The notes under the pieces were generated by a model. It had not been told where the DNA came from, did no database searches, and worked only from the letters and a program-made list of their open reading frames with translations. The position numbers were made by a program, and so were the translations under genes. Below are positions 10,153 through 18,808 of a stretch of DNA of 64,000 nt, in pieces. Numbering within the stretch: position 1 is the stretch's first letter; every line of letters begins with the position of its first letter. The DNA comes from Candidatus Latescibacterota bacterium (GTDB lineage: Bacteria > Latescibacterota > UBA2968 > UBA8231), in NCBI GenBank assembly GCA_965203175.1, contig OZ241867.1:1664001-1728000 (forward strand). Reading direction: 5' to 3'.

Positions 10153-11014
10153 GCAGCTCTTGGATGGCGGCGCGCGGCACGGGCAACTCGTCGATATGGC
10201 TTTCTAACCAGCGCGAGAAATCCTCCTCAATGGGATCGGACCAGCGGGTATCGATCTGGCCGGGTGTGTATTTGCCCTCGGCTAGGCGCTGCTTGCCAAA
10301 GCGGTCGCGGAGCGAGATCAACTCGGAGGTCTTGACCACTTGCTCGGCTAGGTGAGGCGGTATGAAGACGACGCCATCGTCGCGGCCGAGGACTACGTCG
10401 CCGGGCATGACTGTGGCACCGCCGATGCGCACCGGGCAGTTGATTCCGGTCAGCATGATGGTGGGCGAGGCAAAGGTGGGGTGAAAGCCGCGCACGAAAC
10501 TAGTGAAATTGGGCAGTTCTTGGATGCCGTCGATATCGCGGACGGACGCGTCGTGGACCACTCCGTTGCCCGAGTTGGCGTAGATGGCGGTCGCGAGGTT
10601 GTCGCCAATGACAGCGCCTTGGTCGATTTTGCCAAATACGTCGGCCACGTACACGTCCCCAGGCACCAGCATATCAATGGGCCACGAGATCTGGTCGCCG
10701 ATGCAGCCGGCCCGCTCCCCTTTTTCTTCCATGACCTGACGCATGACGGGTCGCCGCGGCATGTACATAGCCGTCAGGGCGCGGCCCACCAGCACTTGGC
10801 CGGGGTGCGTGCAAATCCAGCCGTCTTCGTACTGCCAGTTGTAGCCGGGGCCGCGTATGACGCCCCAGGCTTGGGTAATGCTGACGTTGCGCATGCGCTC
10901 GAGGATGTCGTCGGGCACCTTGGGGCGGCCGTCGGCAAAGCGCTCGCCCTCCCACTCCGGGGTGTACTCGATTAGCTCTTCTGGGGACATGTTCAAGGGA
11001 GCAAATTTTTCCAT
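10133..11014 (-). CDS. RraA/HMG aldolase family protein
   Basis: GDNLATAIY, SVRDIDGI, PGDVVLGRDDGVVFIP. Confidence 0.85.
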   Translation of the reverse strand: MEKFAPLNMSPEELIEYTPEWEGERFADGRPKVPDDILERMRNVSITQAWGVIRGPGYNWQYEDGWICTHPGQVLVGRALTAMYMPRRPVMRQVMEEKGERAGCIGDQISWPIDMLVPGDVYVADVFGKIDQGAVIGDNLATAIYANSGNGVVHDASVRDIDGIQELPNFTSFVRGFHPTFASPTIMLTGINCPVRIGGATVMPGDVVLGRDDGVVFIPPHLAEQVVKTSELISLRDRFGKQRLAEGKYTPGQIDTRWSDPIEEDFSRWLESHIDELPVPRAAIQELLKERTW

Positions 11015-11055
11015 AGCAGTAATTTCCAGTCGTTGAAGTTTGCGCGGAGCCTTTC

Positions 11056-11850
11056 CTACTTTCCCTTCCACACCGGCTTCCGCTTCTCGGCGAATGCCTT
11101 TGGTCCTTCGATAAAGTCCTCCGACTCATACATGCGCTCGGCCAGCGGAAAGCGCGTGTTGACTGCCTCCCACAGCGGCAGTTCCAATCCCCGCACAGCC
11201 GCTTCTTTTCCCGCCTGCAAGGACAAGGGCGCACACGCCAAGATCGCCTCCACCCACTGCTCTGCGGCCGCTTGCAGGCCCTCCGCTGGCACCACTTGGT
11301 TGACTAACCCAATCCGCCGCGCTTCCTCCGCCGAGATGAGTTCTCCGGTCAGGATGAGCTGCATGGCAGCGCTCCACGGCAGCCGCCGGACCAGCTTGTG
11401 GATGCCTCCAGCGTCGGCCAGCAATCCGCGCCGCGCTTCGGGCAACCCCAATTGCGCATGCTCGGCCGCCACCACCAAATCGCACCCTAAGACCAGTTCC
11501 AACCCACCGCCTACTGCATAGCCATTGACCACGGCCAACAGCGGCTTATAGCAATCGCGGCCCCGCTGGAAACCCCGCGCCGCGCCGCTGGCCTCGGCGC
11601 GGTTGTGGCTGCGCGCGGCCTCGCCTGCTTCAGCCCGCCACTTCAGGTCGGCACCAGCGCAGAACGCCCGGTCGCCGCTGCCGGTCAAAACCCCGACCCA
11701 GACGCTGTCATCGTCGCGGATCCGCTCCCAGGCGTCGGCCAGTTCTTCGGCCATGGGAGGGTGGATGGCGTTGAGAACCTCGGGGCGGTTGAGGGTGACC
11801 GTGGCGACGTGGTCGCGCTGTTCGTAGCGGATGAACTCGTAGTGGGCCAT
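11056..11850 (-). CDS. Enoyl-CoA hydratase/isomerase family protein
   Basis: AFCAGADLK, VNGYAVGGGLEL, GLPEARRG. Confidence 0.92.
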   Translation of the reverse strand: MAHYEFIRYEQRDHVATVTLNRPEVLNAIHPPMAEELADAWERIRDDDSVWVGVLTGSGDRAFCAGADLKWRAEAGEAARSHNRAEASGAARGFQRGRDCYKPLLAVVNGYAVGGGLELVLGCDLVVAAEHAQLGLPEARRGLLADAGGIHKLVRRLPWSAAMQLILTGELISAEEARRIGLVNQVVPAEGLQAAAEQWVEAILACAPLSLQAGKEAAVRGLELPLWEAVNTRFPLAERMYESEDFIEGPKAFAEKRKPVWKGK

Positions 11851-11853
11851 TGC

Positions 11854-12837
11854 TCAAGATGGTACTTCGACTAGGCTCCCCGATTCCGCGGCCTGTTTCA
11901 ATGCTTGGAGCGCGGCCACGTTTTTGAGGCCGTCTACGGGGGGGAATTCGGGAGCTCTGCCTTGGATAATGCAACTAGAGAAGCGCTCTAGCTGCACCTG
12001 AAAGCGGTCCGGGCCGGAAAAGGTCTCTACGCGTTCGTCATTGCCGATGGCGATATACACCGTGGCCTGCTCGTCGAACATGTTGGGCACGCGGATCGCG
12101 CCGTGGCTGCCGACGACCTCCAACACGCAGCGGAACGGCCCCTCCATGCCAGCCGCGATATAGGCGATGTGATCACCGGGGAAGCGCAACAGTCCGGCCA
12201 AGCTCGCATCCACGCCGTTGCGCACGTGCTGAAAAGCCTGTGCAGCGACCGGCTCGGCGTTGAGCACAAAGCGCACGGCGCTGACGCAGTAGCACCCGGC
12301 GTCCAAGAGTGCGCCCCCGCCCAGTTTTTTTTGCGCCCGAACGTCGCTTGCCCAATTGCGGATGCCAAAGGTCAGCTCGGCCCGCGCTAATTTCACTTCG
12401 CCGATCTCACCCTGTTGGACCAACCGGCGCGCACACTGCAATTGCGGGTTGAGGCGGTGGGTGAACGCCTCGACTAAGAGCACCCCATTGGCTCGGGCTG
12501 CGTCGATCATCTGCCGCGCTTGCGCCACGGTCACGGCGAGCGGTTTTTCGCAGAGGATGTGCTTGCCGGCCTCCGCCGCCTTGACCGTCCACTCGCAGTG
12601 CATGCTATTGGGCAAGGGGTTGATGATTGCGTCGATTTCGGGATCGTCCAACACGGCTTGGTACGAGCCGTATGCCTTGGCAATGCCGTATTGGGTCGCG
12701 CTTGCTTCGGCCTTGGCTTGATCTCTGCTCGATATGGCCGCGATCTCGGCATTGCCTATGGCCTGCGCGGCTGGCAGATGGCGGTTGAGAGCGATCTGGG
12801 CGGTACTCAATACTCCATAGCGCACGATGTCAGGCAT
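11854..12837 (-). CDS. Gfo/Idh/MocA oxidoreductase
   Basis: GKHILCEKPLA, GGGALLDAGCY. Confidence 0.9.
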   Translation of the reverse strand: MPDIVRYGVLSTAQIALNRHLPAAQAIGNAEIAAISSRDQAKAEASATQYGIAKAYGSYQAVLDDPEIDAIINPLPNSMHCEWTVKAAEAGKHILCEKPLAVTVAQARQMIDAARANGVLLVEAFTHRLNPQLQCARRLVQQGEIGEVKLARAELTFGIRNWASDVRAQKKLGGGALLDAGCYCVSAVRFVLNAEPVAAQAFQHVRNGVDASLAGLLRFPGDHIAYIAAGMEGPFRCVLEVVGSHGAIRVPNMFDEQATVYIAIGNDERVETFSGPDRFQVQLERFSSCIIQGRAPEFPPVDGLKNVAALQALKQAAESGSLVEVPS

Positions 12838-12853
12838 GGGGTCTCCTGTACAC

Positions 12854-14068
12854 TCAGAGAATGACGTCCTGTGCGCGCAACGCGGCGATTTCGTCGTCCG
12901 CATACCCGGCCTCGCGCAGCACAGCTTCGGTGTGTTCCCCGGCTAGAGGGGCGGGTGTCGGGGCTGGAGCTGGCGTCCCCGCTAGCCGCAGGGGCGTGCC
13001 GACGTGACGCATAGCACCCACCTGCGGATGTTGGACTTCGACGAGCATCTCGTTGACCGCGAGTTGCGGGTCTGCTAGGGCCTCGGCTGTTGACCGCACT
13101 GGTGCGACGAGGATGTCCTTGGCTTCCAGCAGCGGAATCCACTCGGCGTTCGTTTTCTCTGCGAAGACTGGCGCTAGCCGTTCCCGCAGGGCCTCGCGGT
13201 TATCTACGGCCTCGGCGAGCGTGGCAAAGCGCGGGTCTCCGACGAGCCCTTCGATGCCCAAGGCCTCCTGCAAATCGCGCAATAGTTGGTCAAAGGGACG
13301 GAAAAGCGCGGTGACCATCAAGAAACCATCGGCCGTCTCGAACACGGCTCCGTCGAGCGGATTGCCGCGCGGATGCGTCGCGCCTCCCGAGCCATCGTCT
13401 TCCCCGTCGTCGCCCAAGTTGAGGATTTTGGTCGTCGCCCAAGCTTGCATACTCATCATGCCGTCGAGGAGCGAGGTTTCTACGTATTGCCCAGTGCCGG
13501 TGCGCTCGCGGGCCAAAAGCGCGAGGAGAATGCCCTGCGCCAGCAGCATGCCGCCGTTGAAGTCGGAGACTGTATAGGGCAGACGCTGGGGCGTGCCGTG
13601 GGGACCGACGAAGCGAGCCGCCACGCCGCTCAGCGCTTGGGCCATGGATTCGTGGCCGCCTTTGTTGCGCTCGCTGTACGGGCCTTGCGAGCCATAGCCC
13701 GAGCCAACGGCGTAGATGAGCCGTGGGTATGGCTCCCGCAGCGCAGCGTAATCCAGCCCCAGCTTGGCCATGACGGAGCCGGAGCGAAAGTTGTGTACCA
13801 GCACGTCCGTGGTTTCTAGCAGGCGATGGACGATCTGAAGCCCAGCGGACTTCTTGAGATCGACGATTAGGCTTTTCTTGGAGCGGTTGAAGCTGGCAAA
13901 AGGCAGGCTCTGCTCCTTTACCCACGGCCCGAAGGCACGGGCTAGGTCGCCGCCGGGGCGCTCTATCTTAATGACTTCGGCACCGTGCTCGGCCAAAACT
14001 TGGGTGGCGGCTGGGCCGAAAATCACTTGGGTAAAGTCGAGGACGCGGATGCCGTCGAGTGCGGGCAT
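12854..14068 (-). CDS. CaiB/BaiF class III CoA-transferase
   Basis: LDGIRVLDFTQVIFGP, NRSKKSL, APLAGEHT. Confidence 0.92.
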   Translation of the reverse strand: MPALDGIRVLDFTQVIFGPAATQVLAEHGAEVIKIERPGGDLARAFGPWVKEQSLPFASFNRSKKSLIVDLKKSAGLQIVHRLLETTDVLVHNFRSGSVMAKLGLDYAALREPYPRLIYAVGSGYGSQGPYSERNKGGHESMAQALSGVAARFVGPHGTPQRLPYTVSDFNGGMLLAQGILLALLARERTGTGQYVETSLLDGMMSMQAWATTKILNLGDDGEDDGSGGATHPRGNPLDGAVFETADGFLMVTALFRPFDQLLRDLQEALGIEGLVGDPRFATLAEAVDNREALRERLAPVFAEKTNAEWIPLLEAKDILVAPVRSTAEALADPQLAVNEMLVEVQHPQVGAMRHVGTPLRLAGTPAPAPTPAPLAGEHTEAVLREAGYADDEIAALRAQDVIL

Positions 14069-14188
14069 GAGAGTGCTGAATTCGGTTTTTAGACTTAGGT
14101 TATCGCCTCAAAGCGCATTGGATATTATATCCGTCCAAGCAGACAACCTCAAGTCTGCTCAATGAGAGAACACGACTAGACCGAGAGC

Positions 14189-14218
14189 TTGCCGTCCGGA
14201 GTAATTAGTATCTACATT
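14189..14218 (+). promoter_or_regulatory. Putative sigma70 promoter giving a leaderless mRNA for the PhyH operon
   Basis: TTGCCG-N18-TACATT with an ATG 7 nt downstream (14226). Confidence 0.45.
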
Positions 14219-14225
14219 GGAAGAC

Positions 14226-15068
14226 ATGCACGCCATGACCCAACCTCTCGCCCAAGCCGTCCTCACTCCCGAAGATCAAGCATTTTTTGAACAGCAGGGC
14301 TATCTCCTCGTCGAAGATGCCCTACCTGCCGACGCGCTCGCCGAGCTCAACGCGGCTACTGACGCGCTCTACGCGCGCGACGCCGACGCCGACCGGCTTG
14401 AAAAGAGTGGCAAGCTCAACATGCGCAACTGCATCGTCGAGCACCCCGCCTTCCTCCAACTCCTCGACTGGCCTGCCACGGTCCCGCTGGCGTGGCAGCT
14501 CCTCGGCTGGAATATCCAGATGCTAACCTCGCACTTGATCGTCCTGCCTTCGGGCGACGAGCCGGCTGAAGACGAGAAAAACAAGCTCGGCTGGCACCGC
14601 GATGGCGGCACCTCGCCCCGAGATATGAGCGAGCCGCACCCGCGAATTTTGCTCAAAATAGCCTATGCCCTCAGCGACCAGACCGCTCCGGCCTCGGGGG
14701 CCACTTGGATCGTGCCCGGGTCCAACCGTCTGCTTGGACGCCCGGCTACGGACCCGAAGACCGGGCTGCCATACGGTGCCCAAGCGATGAATATACGCGC
14801 TGGCTCGGCCTTCCTATTCGAGCAGCGCACCTATCATTCTATTGGCCACAACTGGGCGGGCTTCCCGCGCAAGACCTTGTTCTTTGGCTACGGTTATCGC
14901 TGGGTCAAACCCATGGACTATATCGCCATGCCCGACGAACTCGTCGCCCGCTGCAATCCGATCCAAAAACAGCTCATTGGCGTCGTCGGAGATCCCTTGA
15001 GCTACTACTTGCCCCGGGACGAAGACGTACCGCTCAAGGCGCTCGTCGAAACGGAAGCGAACGAATAA
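14226..15068 (+). CDS. PhyH family dioxygenase
   Basis: WHRD...TYH; IVPGSN. Confidence 0.88.
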   Translation: MHAMTQPLAQAVLTPEDQAFFEQQGYLLVEDALPADALAELNAATDALYARDADADRLEKSGKLNMRNCIVEHPAFLQLLDWPATVPLAWQLLGWNIQMLTSHLIVLPSGDEPAEDEKNKLGWHRDGGTSPRDMSEPHPRILLKIAYALSDQTAPASGATWIVPGSNRLLGRPATDPKTGLPYGAQAMNIRAGSAFLFEQRTYHSIGHNWAGFPRKTLFFGYGYRWVKPMDYIAMPDELVARCNPIQKQLIGVVGDPLSYYLPRDEDVPLKALVETEANE

Positions 15069-15832
15069 TGGATATCACACGCGCATTGGACGCCTTGGGT
15101 GCCCGCGACGACCTGCTGACTGAGCAGAACAGAAACGACCTCGACGAGAAGGGCTACGCGGTACTCCCGGATATCATCGACGCTGAATGGCTCGCAGGCT
15201 TGCGCACCCGCTTTGAAGAACTATGCGAGAAAGAAGGAGTCCACGCCGGTATCGAGGTCCATCAGGAACAGGGTACTCGACGTCTCTCCGACCTCTGCAA
15301 CAAGGGGCCGGTCTTCGACCGCGTCTATACCCATCCCAAGGTACTGGCTGCTATTCACCACGTCATCGACCGCCCCTTCAAGCTCTCCTCGCTCAACGCC
15401 CGCGACGCCCTGCCCGGCGAGGGATTACAGGGGCTGCACGCCGACTGGGGAGCAGACTACGACGGCCAGTTTCACGTCTGCAATTCGATCTGGCTGCTGG
15501 ACGACTTCAGTGAGGAAAACGGCTGCACTCGGCTGGTGCCCGGCTCGCATAAAGGCCAGCACCCGCGCAATATTTTGGCAGACGCGCAAGCACCTCACCC
15601 CGATGAAGAGTTGCTCATCGCCCCAGCCGGCACAGTCGCCGTCTTCAACAGCCACACGTGGCACGGCGGCACCCTCAACCAGAGCAAGGACCTGCCGCGC
15701 CGCGCCATGCACTGCTACTTCACCGCCCGCGAGCACGGCCAGCAGCTCAACCAGCGCGAGTACCTGCGCTACGAGACTTGGAAGCGCATCTCGCCAGCGG
15801 CGCGCTATATCCTCGACGTGGATGTGGAGTAG
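15068..15832 (+). CDS. PhyH family dioxygenase
   Basis: LHADW, ENGCTRLVPGSH, TWHGG; TAATG coupling to the previous gene. Confidence 0.9.
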   Translation: MDITRALDALGARDDLLTEQNRNDLDEKGYAVLPDIIDAEWLAGLRTRFEELCEKEGVHAGIEVHQEQGTRRLSDLCNKGPVFDRVYTHPKVLAAIHHVIDRPFKLSSLNARDALPGEGLQGLHADWGADYDGQFHVCNSIWLLDDFSEENGCTRLVPGSHKGQHPRNILADAQAPHPDEELLIAPAGTVAVFNSHTWHGGTLNQSKDLPRRAMHCYFTAREHGQQLNQREYLRYETWKRISPAARYILDVDVE

Positions 15833-15881
15833 TTTGCGGCGACCTACCTAAATCGTTCGACTAACCCCGAGGAGGAGGTAA

Positions 15882-16298
15882 ATGAAGCTCTCACATCCGG
15901 TCGTTGACCTGTGCATAGTGTGCAGCAACTTTGAAGAATCGCTGACGTTCTACCGAGACAAACTGGGATTCGAGGTGGTACTCGACATCGACATCCCCGT
16001 AGACCTAGCCACGGGGATTGGGCTGGCACCGCAAGGCTTCAGACAGGTGCGCCTGCAGGCGGGAGAAACGCTGATCAAGCTGATGGATATCGCCGTGCCG
16101 CCACCGCAGCGGACTTCCCAGTTTGCCGCTGGGGTGCGCTGGCTCACCTTCTTCGTCGCCGACGTGCAGGCCGAGTGCGCCGCGCTGAAGGCCAAAGGCG
16201 TGGAATTTCTGTCCGAGCCTATGGCTGCCCCGGATACGCCGGGCGTCGTCTGCACCCTAGACCCCGACGGAATTCTCATCGAACTAGTCCAACGATGA
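15882..16298 (+). CDS. VOC/glyoxalase family protein
   Basis: FYRDKLGF, DPDGILIELV; strong SD GGAGG. Confidence 0.88.
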   Translation: MKLSHPVVDLCIVCSNFEESLTFYRDKLGFEVVLDIDIPVDLATGIGLAPQGFRQVRLQAGETLIKLMDIAVPPPQRTSQFAAGVRWLTFFVADVQAECAALKAKGVEFLSEPMAAPDTPGVVCTLDPDGILIELVQR

Positions 16299-17431
16299 AG
16301 ATAGCAGACATTCGCGCGATCCCCCTGGTGGGAGCCACGCCCGACGGTGGCTGGGAGCAGGGGTACGATCCCGGCGACAACCTGCACACGCTCGTGGAGA
16401 TCATCACCGACGAAGGGGTGACCGGACTGGGGTCCGTCTTTACTTCCACCCGCCTAGTGTCGGGCTCGCTCGCCCTGCTGCCCCCCATGCTGATTGGCGA
16501 GTCCATCGAGCCAGCGCGGATCACCGAGAAACTGCATCAGACCACCTTCTGGCAGGGGCGGGGCGGGGCTGTCACTCACGCCATTTCCGGCATTGACATT
16601 GCCTTGTGGGACCTCTTTGGCAAGATCACGTCCCAGCCCATTTCGCGCCTGCTGGGCGGGCGCTACCGGGATCGCATCAAGCCGTATGGATCGCTCATCA
16701 TGGCCGAGCCAGACGAATTGAAGCCGAGGCTCCAGGCCGCGATGGACCGGGGATTTCGCGCGATTAAGATGGGCTGGGGGCCCTTTGGTCGCGTGTCTAA
16801 AGCGCTCGACGAAAACATCGTCAAAACTGCCCGCGAGACCGTCGGCCCAGATATCGAGCTAATGGTCGATGCAGGAGGCTCCGACCAGTACTGGCCGCAC
16901 GGCTACAAATGGGCGCTCGAAACCGCCCGCATGCTCGCCAATTACGATGTCACTTGGTTTGAGGAGGCCCTGCGCCCCGACGATATCGAAGGGTACATCA
17001 AACTCACCGAGCACGCGCCCCTGCCGATTACGGGCTGCGAGGTGCTGACGCGCCGGCAGTCCTTCCTCCCCTGGATCGAGCGCCGTGCAGTTGACTACAT
17101 CCAACCCGACGTCACCAAGGTCGGCGGCCTCACCGAGGAGTTCCGCATTGCGATGTACGCCTACGACCACTCGATTCTCTTCGTCCCTCACGGCTGGAAC
17201 ACCGCCGTCGGACTGGCGGCCGACTTGCAGCTAGTGGCGGCTGTGCCGACTGCCCGCTGGGTAGAATACATCACCCCATCCCCCTATATTGAGGATCTCG
17301 TCAGCGCGCCCTTTTCCCTCGACGAGGAAGGCTTCTTGACCATCCCTGACCAGCCTGGTTTGGGTATTGTTTGGAATGACGAAGGGATTGAAAAGCACTC
17401 GGGGATGAGGCTCACGCCGTCAGCTCTGTAG
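16295..17431 (+). CDS. Mandelate racemase/muconate lactonizing enzyme family (enolase superfamily)
   Basis: SGIDIALWDLFGK, KMG, LMVDA, WFEE, QPDVTKVGG. Confidence 0.92.
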   Translation: MKIADIRAIPLVGATPDGGWEQGYDPGDNLHTLVEIITDEGVTGLGSVFTSTRLVSGSLALLPPMLIGESIEPARITEKLHQTTFWQGRGGAVTHAISGIDIALWDLFGKITSQPISRLLGGRYRDRIKPYGSLIMAEPDELKPRLQAAMDRGFRAIKMGWGPFGRVSKALDENIVKTARETVGPDIELMVDAGGSDQYWPHGYKWALETARMLANYDVTWFEEALRPDDIEGYIKLTEHAPLPITGCEVLTRRQSFLPWIERRAVDYIQPDVTKVGGLTEEFRIAMYAYDHSILFVPHGWNTAVGLAADLQLVAAVPTARWVEYITPSPYIEDLVSAPFSLDEEGFLTIPDQPGLGIVWNDEGIEKHSGMRLTPSAL

Positions 17432-17458
17432 CGGCGTCCGCGGATCGGTAAATCGCCA

Positions 17459-18226
17459 ATGGGCATCCTCGACCGCTTCTCCCTCCTCGACCGCAAAGCG
17501 CTGGTCACCGGCGGTGGCTCTGGCATTGGGCAGGCCCTCGCCGTCGCCCTCGCCGAAGCCGGTGCGGACGTGGCCATTGCCGACATCGACTCCACTGGCA
17601 CTGCTGACACCTGTGCTCGAATTGAAAACCTCGGCCGTCAGACCTTAGCCATCGACGCGGATGTCACCGCCAAGGACCAAGTCGAAAACATGGTCGATAC
17701 CGTCCTCGCCACTTGGGATCAGTTGGATGTCGGCGTCAATAGCGCTGGTATTGCCTTGCGCGGCCCCATCGAGGACATCAGCGAAGCTGACTGGGACCGA
17801 GTCCTCGACCTCGACCTCAAGGCCGTTTTCCTCTGCTGTCAGGCCGAGGGTCGCGCCATGCTGCAGCGAGGCTCCGGCTCGATCATCAACGTCGTCTCAA
17901 TCTCGTCCCACGTCGTCAACCGCCCCCAACTACACGGCCACTACAACGCGGCCAAGGCAGGTGCTTACCAGCTAACCAGAGTGTGCGCCGCAGAGTGGGC
18001 TGCGCGCGGCATCCGCGTCAATTCCATCAGCCCCGGCCACACGCTCACCCCCATGACCGCGCACGCCGAAGACGACATGAAAAACGCTTGGCTCGCCAAC
18101 ACGCCGATGGGGCGTCTAGGCGTCCCGGCCGACTATCAGGGAGCCGTCGTCTTCCTCGCTTCGGACGCCTCTTCTTACGCGACCGGCCACGATTTGATCA
18201 TCGATGGCGGGTACACGCTCTGGTAA
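17459..18226 (+). CDS. SDR family oxidoreductase
   Basis: TGGGSGIG, YNAAK, DGGY. Confidence 0.93.
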   Translation: MGILDRFSLLDRKALVTGGGSGIGQALAVALAEAGADVAIADIDSTGTADTCARIENLGRQTLAIDADVTAKDQVENMVDTVLATWDQLDVGVNSAGIALRGPIEDISEADWDRVLDLDLKAVFLCCQAEGRAMLQRGSGSIINVVSISSHVVNRPQLHGHYNAAKAGAYQLTRVCAAEWAARGIRVNSISPGHTLTPMTAHAEDDMKNAWLANTPMGRLGVPADYQGAVVFLASDASSYATGHDLIIDGGYTLW

Positions 18227-18227
18227 G

Positions 18228-18241
18228 CTAGTCGTAGTACT
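18228..18241. repeat. att-like copy 1 of the ino1 3' end (CTAGTCGTAGTACT)
   Basis: Identical to 29522-29535; begins 1 nt after the SDR stop codon. Confidence 0.7.
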
Positions 18242-18607
18242 GTTTTTAAGGTATGGGGAGGGGATTTGAGGTTGGTTCCCTTGTAGTGAAGTACGGGATC
18301 TCGTACCGCCGAGACCGACAAGCTCAGGACTCTCCCGTCAAGGTTGAAGGCCAGCTCATAGTTGTCGCCGCCATCGCCTCGCATCACTCATCTATCCTTT
18401 TCAATTCGCCAAGCGAAGAGAAGGGGAGCGACCCCTCCACTAACATTATGGCTATGTACAACAAGGGAATCGACATGCGAATCCCTACGCAAGGTAGATG
18501 AGAAAAAAATGTATGATTTTTGCAAAAAAGTAAATAATTACCTGCTTTAATTTGTAACAATCAATAATTATAAAATGTAACTTTGCAAAATGGTGATTAT
18601 ATAAAAA

Positions 18608-18651
18608 GGGCTATATATGGCCCAAAATACAAAAAAGGTCATATATGGCCC
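18608..18651. promoter_or_regulatory. Two imperfect palindromes (consensus GGGCCATATATGGCCC), candidate operator
   Basis: gggctatatatggccc (18608-18623) and aggtcatatatggccc (18636-18651) in an AT-rich spacer. Confidence 0.45.
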
Positions 18652-18808
18652 TCAATAAAAGCAGTTTAAAATCCTCTAATATACTTGATTCACTCGAATG
18701 AAAAACGAGATTGTGCATTTACCCAATGTGTTATATTTTTCCGAATACACTCAATCAATACCTGCCCAAAGAGGGTAATCCTGATTGTAGGGAGTAGGGT
18801 ATTTTTTT

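Noticed and set aside
18253-18550. Short ORFs at the left island edge
   Set aside because: No recognisable motifs; probably remnant DNA
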